Made by a program: the position numbers and the translations under genes | Part shown: positions 20,388-29,783 of the stretch, one piece after another | Layout: each line of letters opens with the position of its first letter | Position numbering within the stretch: the first letter of the stretch is position 1 | The notes under the pieces: model-generated | What the model was told of the DNA's origin: nothing | The model's database searches: none | What the model saw: the letters and a program-made list of their open reading frames with translations, nothing else | Origin: an uncultured virus (IMG/VR IMGVR_UViG_3300010282_000326) | Taxonomy: Duplodnaviria; Heunggongvirae; Uroviricota; Caudoviricetes | Virus record (IMG/VR): IMGVR_UViG_3300010282_000326 | DNA length: 64,000 bases | Reading direction: 5' to 3' (one strand)

Positions 20388-20984
20388 ATGACATCGGCGT
20401 GTAAAGTTTATTTAGACTGTCGTGTAGTTTCTAATCCAGAGGTTCTTAAGAACTATGGTCTTGAAACAATATATACAGTAAATGTTGAGTGTAAGAGACT
20501 TTCAGGGAGAGTTGATGAATTTTCAGTAAATTATTCATCTGCTTTAGGTCTTGAGTTAAAAGAAAATGATTTAATAGCTGTTGAAGGAGAGCTTAGAAGT
20601 GTAAATGTAAAAGTTAGTAATTCAAAGTTTATGCTTAGATTGTATATTTTGGCTAACAATATTAAGCATTTGGATTCAGAGCCAGAAAACTACAAAAATG
20701 TAGTAGAAATATCTGGTGGTAAAATATCAAAGAAGTCTGATTTTCGTAAGTCAGATGACGATACTGTAATTCAAAACATCAGTATTAAAATTGAGAGATT
20801 TAATAAGTCTTTCATCATACCTTGTTCTTGTTGGAATAATAATGCAAGGTTGGTTAAAGATTTGGAACTAAATACAAAAGTCAATATAAGGGGTAGACTT
20901 CAGAGTCATAGGACTTCTGCAGGCTATACTATGATTGAGGTTCCAATAAGTCTAATAAGTATCTATGAAGATAAAGCAGAGTAG
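20388..20984 (+). CDS. Tandem-OB single-stranded DNA-binding protein
   Basis: KRLSGRVD...VEGELRS and IPCSCWNNNA...VNIRGRLQS, two OB-like halves as in Clostridial double-OB SSBs. Confidence 0.75.
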   Translation: MTSACKVYLDCRVVSNPEVLKNYGLETIYTVNVECKRLSGRVDEFSVNYSSALGLELKENDLIAVEGELRSVNVKVSNSKFMLRLYILANNIKHLDSEPENYKNVVEISGGKISKKSDFRKSDDDTVIQNISIKIERFNKSFIIPCSCWNNNARLVKDLELNTKVNIRGRLQSHRTSAGYTMIEVPISLISIYEDKAE

Positions 20985-21078
20985 TAGAAGGAGGGTGGTT
21001 ATCCAATAATCTTTGTTACTTGTAGTTTACGCTAATAGAAAGAAAGGATGATTTTAGTATGTTTAATCTGATGACATT

Positions 21079-21951
21079 TTGTTACAAGAGGTAATTAAAC
21101 GAGATGGTCATAAAGTTCCATTTAACGCTTTTAACATCAGAAAGGCTATTCTAAATGCTAATGAAGAGGTTGCAGTATTAGACCAAGCTAGTGATGAAGA
21201 AATAGATATCATAGTTAAAGATATAGAAACTATGCCAGATACTTGTATCAATATAGAGGTTATTCAAAATCTTATTGAAAACAAGTTAATGGAATTTAGA
21301 CATTTCGAACTAGCTCGTAAGTATATTACTTACAGATTCATTCATGATGTTAATAGAAGTTTAACAAAGGCAGAAAAAGGTATTTTAGAGTTAATAAGGG
21401 GTAGTAATACCGAAGTTATCAATGAAAACTCTAATAAGAACGCCTTTACAAATGCCACACAGCGAGACTTGATTGCAGGTGAGGTTTCCAAGGAAATCAG
21501 TGATAAATTTATTTTACCAGAAGAACTTGTTGAAGCAGACCTTAATCAAGAACTTCATTGGCATGATAAGGACTATACAGTTCAGCCAATGATAAATTGC
21601 TGTTTAATTAATATTCAGGATATGCTGGATAATAATACAGTTTTAAATAATCTTCTTATTGAGAGTCCTCATTCATTCCGAGTTGCTTGTAATGTTATGA
21701 CTCAAATCATAGCTTCTATTGCAAGTAATCAATATGGTGGACAGTCAGTTAATGTTAAGTATCTTGGAAAATATCTTAGATTAGCTAGAGAAAAGACTAG
21801 AAAGCGTATTATTGCATCACTTGAAGAAGCAGGTGACCCATATACTGAAAATCAAGTCGAAGTTACTGTTAGAAATGAATTACAGCAGGAATTAGAGGAT
21901 GGGGTTCAAACAATACAGTACCAGATAAATACACTTCACACTACTAACGGT
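21079..21951 (+). CDS. nrdD: Anaerobic ribonucleoside-triphosphate reductase, exon 1 (ATP cone and N-terminal part)
   Basis: VIKRDGHKVPF ATP cone; NENSNK; HWHDKDY; NCCLIN; SNQYGGQS; ends QINTLHTTNG. Confidence 0.92.
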
Positions 21952-23584
21952 TTTTTAATTTAAGTTATATTTTAATAAGTTAAGATAATAATACATTTCC
22001 TAAAGGAGGTGTATTATGTATATTTATAAAATTACAAATAAAGTCAATAATAAGTGTTATATAGGTAAAACTGCTTATCCAAGAAATAGATTTTCTGCTC
22101 ATTGCAGGTCATCGTATGAAGTAGGTAGAGCTATTCATAAATATGGAAAAGAAAATTTCTCTTTTGATATTCTTTTTCAGTGTAATTGGAATGATGCTTC
22201 TTTGTTAGAGTCCTATTTAATATATAAGTTTAATTCTTTAGTGCCTAATGGGTATAATTCAATATATTCATATAGAAATATATTAAGTAGATTAAATTAT
22301 GCGAATACTTTAATAGAAGCAATAAGAATTGGCTCATATTCATTAACAAATCCTTATAAAGTTACTAAGGATTTAGATGATGAAAGACCTATAACTTGTA
22401 TTGAAGATTACACCGAATTTAATAATGCTTTAGAATGTGCTTTATTTTATGGTTTGCCTAGTTCTACTAGAGTCAAAGAAGTGTGTCGAGGCAGTAGAGC
22501 AACGGCAAAAGGTTTAACTTTTCGATACTTAGATGAAAATGGTTCTATTTTAGAGCCAAAAAATGGTGCTAAGAAGAAAAAGCGAGAAGTTTATGTTGAA
22601 GAAACTGATTTGATTTACAAAAGTGTAATGGATGCTATTCGAGATATAAACCCCCAGATGGATAAAGGGGTAGTTAATCTCAATTTGAATAGTAAATCTG
22701 AAAATGCTTATGGCTTTCATTTTCATTATGTAATAGATGATGAGATTATACCAAATACTTTTGTCAGTCCAAGGAAGACTAAAAAAGTTCTTATGGATAA
22801 CTCTATTCAGTTTGAATCTGTTGCTGAAGCAATTAGAGAATTAGGGTTACCAGATGGTGCTAGAGGAGCAATATCTCAAAATATTAGAGGGGAGAGTTCT
22901 AATGCTTATGGTCATACTTGGGCTTATATTGAAGATGATGACACAATCAGTCAAAGACAGTTTGTATCTCGTAAAATAGACCGAAGTAAAGTAAAAAGAT
23001 TTGAAATTATTTGTGATAATAAATATACATTTAAGTCATTAGCTGAAGCTTGTAGATACTTTAATTTTAATTCAAATTATGCAAAAGTAATTGCAGAGTG
23101 TTGTAAAGGTTTACGAGATGAAGCTTTCGGACATACTTGGAAATATGGCAAAGAATTGACTGGCTCCCCACAGTGGAAACATTGAAGGGGTAAGGATGTG
23201 AACTCGTACTTGCGAGGTGTGAATATAGCAGTAAGTTATATTCGCTATCGGTAACAGTGGAATAAGACTGGTTATATGATAATTATAACCCATTTACTTA
23301 TGTAAATGACCATAGACGAAGGGACTGTGTAAGAGATGCTAGAGCCAGAAATGGTTAGCTTGCTAATACCGAGCCAAGCTTAGAGGGTAACCTCTTTGAA
23401 GGTGTATCGACTAAGACATACCGACCAGAAATGGTAGATGAAGTCTAAACCTGTTTGGTGAAAGCCCAAATGGGGTAGTGCATCCTACTTATAGTTATAG
23501 ACTATAACATTGAGTGTGACAATGCCTAACGTAAAACGAGGGTAAAGAGATAGTCAGGGGCTAATGAAAGTTAGTAGGTGACTG
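21952..23584 (+). mobile_element. Group I intron in nrdD carrying a homing endonuclease
   Basis: Joining GGT(21951) to CAA(23585) restores TTNG-QSPFLTLF in frame. Exon ends in U, intron ends in G. Core elements aataccgagccaagc (~23365), gaaggtgtatcgactaa (~23398) and aagagatagtc (23545-23555; P7 gacta/tagtc). Confidence 0.9.
22016..23185 (+). CDS. Intron-encoded GIY-YIG homing endonuclease with four NUMOD1/IENR1-like repeats
   Basis: YIYKITNKVNNKCYIGKT...RFSAH...GYN; repeated F.S..EA...CRG...AYG..W.Y units. Confidence 0.9.
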   Translation: MYIYKITNKVNNKCYIGKTAYPRNRFSAHCRSSYEVGRAIHKYGKENFSFDILFQCNWNDASLLESYLIYKFNSLVPNGYNSIYSYRNILSRLNYANTLIEAIRIGSYSLTNPYKVTKDLDDERPITCIEDYTEFNNALECALFYGLPSSTRVKEVCRGSRATAKGLTFRYLDENGSILEPKNGAKKKKREVYVEETDLIYKSVMDAIRDINPQMDKGVVNLNLNSKSENAYGFHFHYVIDDEIIPNTFVSPRKTKKVLMDNSIQFESVAEAIRELGLPDGARGAISQNIRGESSNAYGHTWAYIEDDDTISQRQFVSRKIDRSKVKRFEIICDNKYTFKSLAEACRYFNFNSNYAKVIAECCKGLRDEAFGHTWKYGKELTGSPQWKH

Positions 23585-24892
23585 CAATCACCATTTTTAA
23601 CTTTATTTCTACACATAGATGAAACATACGAGTATTGTGAAGAATCTGCTATGATTATCGAAGAAATAATCAAGCAGAGGATTAAAGGTGTTAAAAATAA
23701 AGATGGAGTTTATGTAACCCCAGCATTCCCTAAGCTCGTTTATGTATTAGATGAGTGTAATGCATTAAAAGGCGGAAAATATGATTACATAACAAGAAAA
23801 TGTCTTGAGTGTAATGTTAAAAGAATGTATCCAGATTATATTTCTGCAAAGATTATGAAAGAGGTACATCAAAACAATATTTACAGTCCTATGGGTTGCA
23901 GAAGTTTCTTAGGTGAATGGAAAGTAACTAAAGATTTCCTTGAGCCTTTAGGTTTAACAGATGATATGCTCGGAAGTTATCGTTATGAAGGAAGATTCAA
24001 TCAAGGGGTAGTTAGTATAAATCTTCCTCAAATAGCTATCGAAGCTAATAAAGATATGGATACATTTTGGTCTTTACTTGATGAAAGACTTGCAAAATGT
24101 TATAAGGCTTTATTGTATAGGCATAAACTTCTTGAAGGTGTTACTTCAGATACATCTCCTATCCATTGGCAGCATGGTGGTATAGCTAGACTTAAAGTTG
24201 GTGAGAAGATTGATAAATTACTTCATAATAGCTTCTCAAGTATAAGCCTTGGTTATATCGGAGTTTATGAAATGTGTCAAGCAATGTTAGGGGTATCTCA
24301 TACAACTGATGTTGGAAAAGAGTTTGCTTTAAAGGTTATCGCAAGATTGCGTGATGCTTGTGCTACTTGGAGAGAAACAACTGGTATAGGCTTTTCATTA
24401 TATGGCACACCTGCTGAGAGTTTGTGTTATACATTCTTAAGACACGATAGAGCAAAGTATGGAGTTATACCAAATGTAACTGACCATAATTTCTACACTA
24501 ATTCATATCATGTATATGTTGGTGAGAAGATAAGTGCTTTTGATAAGTTCCAATTTGAAGCAGAGTTTCAAAAGTTATCAACTGGAGGTTGCATTTCTTA
24601 TGTAGAGCTTCCTAATATGGCTCATAACTTAGAGGCTTTAGCTGAAGTAGTTAGGTTTGGTTATGATAATATTCAGTATTTTGAATTTAATACTAAATGT
24701 GATTATTGCTATAACTGTGGCTATGATGGCGAGATAAAGTTGAATGAGAATAATCATTGGGAGTGTCCAGTTTGTCATAACACTGATATGAAACGAATGA
24801 CTGTTACAAGAAGAACTTGTGGTTATTTAGGTGTTAATGATTGGAACGAAGGCAAGCGAAGTGAAATGGGAATTCGAGTTCTACACTTATGA
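23585..24892 (+). CDS. nrdD: Anaerobic ribonucleoside-triphosphate reductase, exon 2
   Basis: FPKLVY, PMGCRSF, GRFNQGVVSINL, YGTPAES, CYNC...CPVC, RRTCGYL glycyl-radical motif. Confidence 0.95.
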   Translation, partial: QSPFLTLFLHIDETYEYCEESAMIIEEIIKQRIKGVKNKDGVYVTPAFPKLVYVLDECNALKGGKYDYITRKCLECNVKRMYPDYISAKIMKEVHQNNIYSPMGCRSFLGEWKVTKDFLEPLGLTDDMLGSYRYEGRFNQGVVSINLPQIAIEANKDMDTFWSLLDERLAKCYKALLYRHKLLEGVTSDTSPIHWQHGGIARLKVGEKIDKLLHNSFSSISLGYIGVYEMCQAMLGVSHTTDVGKEFALKVIARLRDACATWRETTGIGFSLYGTPAESLCYTFLRHDRAKYGVIPNVTDHNFYTNSYHVYVGEKISAFDKFQFEAEFQKLSTGGCISYVELPNMAHNLEALAEVVRFGYDNIQYFEFNTKCDYCYNCGYDGEIKLNENNHWECPVCHNTDMKRMTVTRRTCGYLGVNDWNEGKRSEMGIRVLHL

Positions 24893-24917
24893 TTTAATTT
24901 TATATTTAATAGCTTTG

Positions 24918-24950
24918 AGAGGGGTAGTCGAAAGGCTACCCTTTTATTTT
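24918..24950 (+). terminator. Intrinsic terminator
   Basis: gaggggtagtc-gaaa-ggctaccctttt. Confidence 0.75.
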
Positions 24951-24963
24951 AAGGAGGTGCAGT

Positions 24964-25851
24964 ATGTTTTATATAAGTGGTGTACAAGGAAATATGTTTG
25001 CTGTAACAGATACTAAAGATGGTGTTACTGAACAAATAACTGGAGCACAGTTAAGTAGTTATATTCAACAGGGTGTAAAGATTCTTGGTGTTAACCAAAC
25101 AAAGTTTGGAACTACTGTAGCTTGTAAATCTACCAATGTACTTAATGATTTTTATAAGGCAGTTTTCAGTTCTTTAACTAAGCTTCATTTACTTAAAAAA
25201 GATGATAGAGATAGTTCAATAGAAGCTATAAAGAAGCAGGCTTTGTTCTATGGTCTTGGTGAGTATATGAGTGATATTACTATAGATTTGACTCATAAGT
25301 CCTTGGTATTGAAAAAGTTAAATAAGATTATTACTTGGAATGAAGAGGAAAAAGAAGCTGAGACTATTAATAGTATTGATGTTTGTGACGAAAAGGTTGT
25401 AAAACTTTCAGAGCTTGGTATAGATGCCTTTAGTCATATGTATTTACCTATAGCAGAAAAGAAGATACCTCTTTTAGATTTATGTAAAGAAGTTGAAAGC
25501 ATCACAAAGGGTGATTTTAAGTATGATAAAATAAGATACATTGGTATAACTCCAGGTAATAAGATGTTTAAATTTATATTAGACCTAGGTAGATTTGATA
25601 CAGAATGTTATTCTGTTCAATTTGCAGATTATGCTACATTCAAAAAGAATTTTGATAAGATAAAAACAGCTAAAGTAGAAAAGGCTTGGGGTTTTATACC
25701 TTATATTATTGCAAAAGAGAGAAATGGTGTTAATTCACCTTTTGTTGTTGTAAAAATGTCTAAGAAACCTTACACTGGTGAGCCAGCTACAATATACAGT
25801 AAAATTAAGGAGAAATATAAAACACTTCAGGATGTTTATAAGGGCTTTTAA
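24964..25851 (+). CDS. Hypothetical protein with N-terminal DTxD module
   Basis: MFYISG...FAVTDTKDGVTEQ...GVKILGV; SD aaggaggt. Confidence 0.8.
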   Translation: MFYISGVQGNMFAVTDTKDGVTEQITGAQLSSYIQQGVKILGVNQTKFGTTVACKSTNVLNDFYKAVFSSLTKLHLLKKDDRDSSIEAIKKQALFYGLGEYMSDITIDLTHKSLVLKKLNKIITWNEEEKEAETINSIDVCDEKVVKLSELGIDAFSHMYLPIAEKKIPLLDLCKEVESITKGDFKYDKIRYIGITPGNKMFKFILDLGRFDTECYSVQFADYATFKKNFDKIKTAKVEKAWGFIPYIIAKERNGVNSPFVVVKMSKKPYTGEPATIYSKIKEKYKTLQDVYKGF

Positions 25852-26137
25852 GAATTTTCTGTAAAAGCTGAGATACATAAAGTTGTTAAATAAACTATTA
25901 AGAAACATATACTTTTGGTATTAGATAAGGTAGTTTTTACAGGTTAATTTTGGTGGAGCATATAAAATTAAAAGTATAAGTTTAGGTGTCACAATCTTAA
26001 ATTTATACTTTTAATTTTTTGATTTAAGAAGAATTTTTCGATTTGGTTTGTATTTAGTCTAGTTCTCTAGGGTTTTAAAATTGAATTTATATTTTTCATA
26101 ACTTATTGTAAGAGTCTTTTATTAAAGGAGTAAGCTG

Positions 26138-28501
26138 ATGGTAGATTATAATGATATTAAAAACTATAAACTTTGTACACGAAAACTTTATAGCTCGTTT
26201 ATTTGTATGCCAGAACTTGGTACTTTTGTTATAAATAAGGTTAAAAATAATGATATTTATAACACTTTTAAGTTTGAGTTCTTAAGTCCGTCTTTATATG
26301 CTCGAATGACTCCTAAGTGGAAACGAGTATTTGATTCTTATGTTGCAGTTGGTAGAATACAAGTAGTAACAAGAGCACAAAGATTTATAAAAGCAGGGGT
26401 ACTTGGAGAACTTGATGTTATATCCTTTGATAAACTACAAGAGAGTTATATGTTTGCAACTGGAGACCCTATAAGTCTTTTAACACTTACAAAGCGTATA
26501 ACAAATAATCTTATGTCTTGGCAGAAGATTACTGCAATAGCAACAGATTATCAAGAATATGCTTGTTTTGTTCCTTTTGATAATAAGTTCATGTTTAATA
26601 ATATAGACTCTGTAAATATATTTGAAATACCTCATGGTTATGGTGATTTTATTGTCTATACTTTAGTTAATAATCAGTTATGTGATGGTAGAGTTGTTAA
26701 TGGTCAAATCTTTACTTTAGAATATAATAATATTAACTGGAAAGGTCAAGTTGAAACAGGTCTTAAAGAAGTTACAATAAATAATCTGCCTAATATAGTA
26801 AATCAAGTCTTTGATTATAGTGAAAGTATTGAAACAAAGTATTCTTTTGCAGAGTTATTAAAGTTAGATTTAGAAGCTAAAAAACCATCAGCTTATTTAT
26901 ATGATATACAGATTATGAATGTTTTAGATAAAGATGTATTACAAATTGATACACAATATTGTGCAGTGAAATTAAGAACTAAGTTTTATTTAGTTTATAC
27001 AAGGCTTACAGATGTTGTTTCAATTAAGAAAATGTGTATTATTGAAAAATATATAATAAAAGCATCAAGTTATGATTCTTTTATTACTGAAGTTCAAGGA
27101 ATACTTGGGGTACTCAAAGCAGGAATAGAGAGTTCTTTCTTAACAAGTATTGGAAGTATTGAAGAATTGTCTTGTATAAATAATTATACAAAAAATGGTT
27201 TTCAAGAAGTAAATAAGGCTTTATATACTGGGCATCGTTTGGATTTTAAGGATTATCTTTTAGCTTCAACAGTATATACTTATCTTAAGAGATGCAGTTT
27301 GAAAGATAATGTTTGGTTGTATAGGGGTTTGAAATCAAAGAGAAGAGTATATGAAGGTATGTTATTAAAGTCATATAACTTTCTTTCTACTTCCATAAAT
27401 TTTAAGTCAGTTCTTGGTTTTGGTACTGGTATTATAATGCGATTTAAAGAGACAAAGGGTTTAGAAGGTTTATACATAAATACAATCTCCAATTCAAGAA
27501 ATTCAGAATATGAAGTTCTTATAAATGCAGGTAATGATATAGTATTTGAAAAGAAAGTTGGGGTAATTAATGATGTAGAGATTTGGGATTGCAAGATAGT
27601 TCCAGATAAATCTTTCCGAATGTTGAAAAATCAGAATAAAGTTATTGATACTACTTTAAATATATTAAATCATCATCCTTTGAGAAATTACTTTTATATT
27701 ACAAAATGTAATGAGGATTATCGTAGTTGTATCATTGAATTTTCATCTTTATATAATAATACTAATATTTCCTTGACTTTTAGTGAGAAGAATGTTATAA
27801 TATTATATAGTCAGGAAAAGAAGAAGTATAAAAAGACTGTTCGATTATCTAAAGATGATTTATATTTAAGAATTATAAAGATATTTGATAAATGCCTTGA
27901 ATTTTATCAATCTGATTTTTCTATTATAACAGGTAGTGCCTTATATAGAATAGGTTGTGATGTAATTTTCAATATATCGTCTAAATTCGTATATGAAGGT
28001 TTTATTCTTTTAGGGCAGAGGATTTTTACAAAGAAATATTCAGATGATTATGAGTTTAAGGCAAGTATAACCTTAAATGGTGATTCAGATGATAGTATAA
28101 GTATTTTGCATAAGTTCTATTGTACCACTTTAGATAAATGTAGTTTATCTTTAAGTGGTAAGTCTGATTCAGCAGAAAAATCAACATCATTAAGTGGTAG
28201 TTTAAGGAAAGTTGACTCTTTGGTTGAAAAGGTCTTTGAATATTGTTTACAAAACTTTAATCTTAACTATTCAAGACGAGTTGATAAGGTCATAACTAAA
28301 ATTGCAAATTATTTTGGTGATGATATTACAGTAGAGAAGGCAAGAGATTGTATTGTTTACAAGTTAGGTGAAACAAAGTACATATATGTTAAAATGGATG
28401 GTACAAATGTAAATTATTTAACAGATTTAGGTCAGGTTGAGGTTGATTATTTCGATAATCTGAATGTTGTAGCATCAAAAGTATTCAAGATAGTGGTGTA
28501 G
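26138..28501 (+). CDS. Multidomain protein with a central ADP-ribosyltransferase domain (VIP2/C2/Alt-like, R-S-E class)
   Basis: INNYT...VNKAL; LYRG (27317-27328); FLSTS (~27385); SEYEVLI (EYE at 27506-27514). Confidence 0.85.
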   Translation: MVDYNDIKNYKLCTRKLYSSFICMPELGTFVINKVKNNDIYNTFKFEFLSPSLYARMTPKWKRVFDSYVAVGRIQVVTRAQRFIKAGVLGELDVISFDKLQESYMFATGDPISLLTLTKRITNNLMSWQKITAIATDYQEYACFVPFDNKFMFNNIDSVNIFEIPHGYGDFIVYTLVNNQLCDGRVVNGQIFTLEYNNINWKGQVETGLKEVTINNLPNIVNQVFDYSESIETKYSFAELLKLDLEAKKPSAYLYDIQIMNVLDKDVLQIDTQYCAVKLRTKFYLVYTRLTDVVSIKKMCIIEKYIIKASSYDSFITEVQGILGVLKAGIESSFLTSIGSIEELSCINNYTKNGFQEVNKALYTGHRLDFKDYLLASTVYTYLKRCSLKDNVWLYRGLKSKRRVYEGMLLKSYNFLSTSINFKSVLGFGTGIIMRFKETKGLEGLYINTISNSRNSEYEVLINAGNDIVFEKKVGVINDVEIWDCKIVPDKSFRMLKNQNKVIDTTLNILNHHPLRNYFYITKCNEDYRSCIIEFSSLYNNTNISLTFSEKNVIILYSQEKKKYKKTVRLSKDDLYLRIIKIFDKCLEFYQSDFSIITGSALYRIGCDVIFNISSKFVYEGFILLGQRIFTKKYSDDYEFKASITLNGDSDDSISILHKFYCTTLDKCSLSLSGKSDSAEKSTSLSGSLRKVDSLVEKVFEYCLQNFNLNYSRRVDKVITKIANYFGDDITVEKARDCIVYKLGETKYIYVKMDGTNVNYLTDLGQVEVDYFDNLNVVASKVFKIVV

Positions 28502-29268
28502 TGCGTATGAATTTAATACAAGTTTTTCAAGATACAAGAGATAAGTCACATAATGAATATCGAGAAGAGACTATGTGTGCTATAGCTGATGCATTTGTTG
28601 TTAAGCATCCAGAGAAGATAAAGTTAGACAATAAAGTTAATAAATATATGGATATCAGTTTCATAAATGATGGTACTATAGAAACGGCTCAGAAGTTTAA
28701 GTACGATAAAATGGCAGTACTTAATTTTGCTGATGCTTTAGTCCCAGGTGGTTTAGTTTTATCGGGAGAAAGAACTCAGGAAGAAAATATTTGTAGATGT
28801 AGTAATCTTTATGAGACTTTGGTTGTAAATAAGAAAGATTATTATGATTATAATATTTCTTTTGGAAATTCGATTTATTCAAATAGAATTATTTATTCAT
28901 TTGGGATAAAAGTATTTAAGGATGGTAAAACTTATGATGATATAAGACCTTTTTATACAGATGTTATAACTTGCCCAGCACCATCTTGTAGTGTAGATAG
29001 TAAAATTATTTTTGATAGAATAGATTGTATTGTTAGAGTTGCAGCAAGAATGCATATCAATACACTGATTTTAGGTGCATGGGGTTGTGGTGCTTTTGGT
29101 CAAGACCCAGTAGTTGTGTCTAAAGGTTTTGCTAAAGCTCTTGTTAAGTATCCATTTTTTAAGAAGGTAGTTTTTGCTATAAGACCTACTGAAGGACATA
29201 GCGATAATACAACTTTTGATATATTTAAGAAAAGTTTTTGGGAGGAATACAATAATGACAAATCGTGA
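28501..29268 (+). CDS. Bacterial-type PARG macrodomain protein (TIGR02452/DUF2263-like)
   Basis: AVLNFADALVPGG...TQEENICRCSNLY; ITCPAP; LILGAWGCGAFGQDP; VVFAI. Confidence 0.9.
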   Translation: MRMNLIQVFQDTRDKSHNEYREETMCAIADAFVVKHPEKIKLDNKVNKYMDISFINDGTIETAQKFKYDKMAVLNFADALVPGGLVLSGERTQEENICRCSNLYETLVVNKKDYYDYNISFGNSIYSNRIIYSFGIKVFKDGKTYDDIRPFYTDVITCPAPSCSVDSKIIFDRIDCIVRVAARMHINTLILGAWGCGAFGQDPVVVSKGFAKALVKYPFFKKVVFAIRPTEGHSDNTTFDIFKKSFWEEYNNDKS

Positions 29269-29581
29269 GCAGTATTGTGCTATCGAAAGACAGATAAAGG
29301 ATTTGCAGAAGAAACAGAAACAGCTATATTCGGGGTATGGTTCAAAGTCATATTACGATATTTTGCTAGATAATATTCTTATAACTATAAATCCTTATTA
29401 TAATAAAGGTGTAGTTCATAGACATTCTAGTGTGGAATGTGCTTATGAAATCAGAAGTATTTATATGAGACGACTTGGTTTAAGTAAGAGTTTGCTTTTT
29501 AGAGATGAATATGAACAGGCTCTGTTGATGTTAAATAATTATAAGTCAGATGATGAAGTATTAAACTTCTTATACTATTAA
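29255..29581 (+). CDS. Hypothetical protein
   Basis: SD ggagg before ATG 29255; overlaps the macrodomain gene stop. Confidence 0.7.
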   Translation: MTNREQYCAIERQIKDLQKKQKQLYSGYGSKSYYDILLDNILITINPYYNKGVVHRHSSVECAYEIRSIYMRRLGLSKSLLFRDEYEQALLMLNNYKSDDEVLNFLYY

Positions 29582-29586
29582 ACATT

Positions 29587-29615
29587 AAAAGATGGTACAA
29601 TGTACCGTCTTTTTT
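29587..29615 (+). terminator. Intrinsic terminator
   Basis: aaaagatggtac-aat-gtaccgtctttttt. Confidence 0.8.
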
Positions 29616-29783
29616 ATTGTGTAGTTATTAGTTTAGTTTGAGTATTAAAAGTTATAAATATTTTATTGTTTATTTTAATTCTATATTTATAAAATCAGTT
29701 GAAAGGAGGTTTGAGAGAAAATTAAAACTTATACTGCTTAAGCAGTTTTACATAGACAATTAAATATAAAAGGAGGTTTCATT

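Noticed and set aside
21079..24892. nrdD as a disrupted pseudogene or two separate genes
   Set aside because: Group I intron core and precise in-frame splice junctions explain the split.
25964..26020. Long AT-rich inverted repeat as a replication origin or transposon end
   Set aside because: Reads as a terminator-like hairpin after ORF 24964-25851; no iterons, DnaA-box cluster or transposase nearby.
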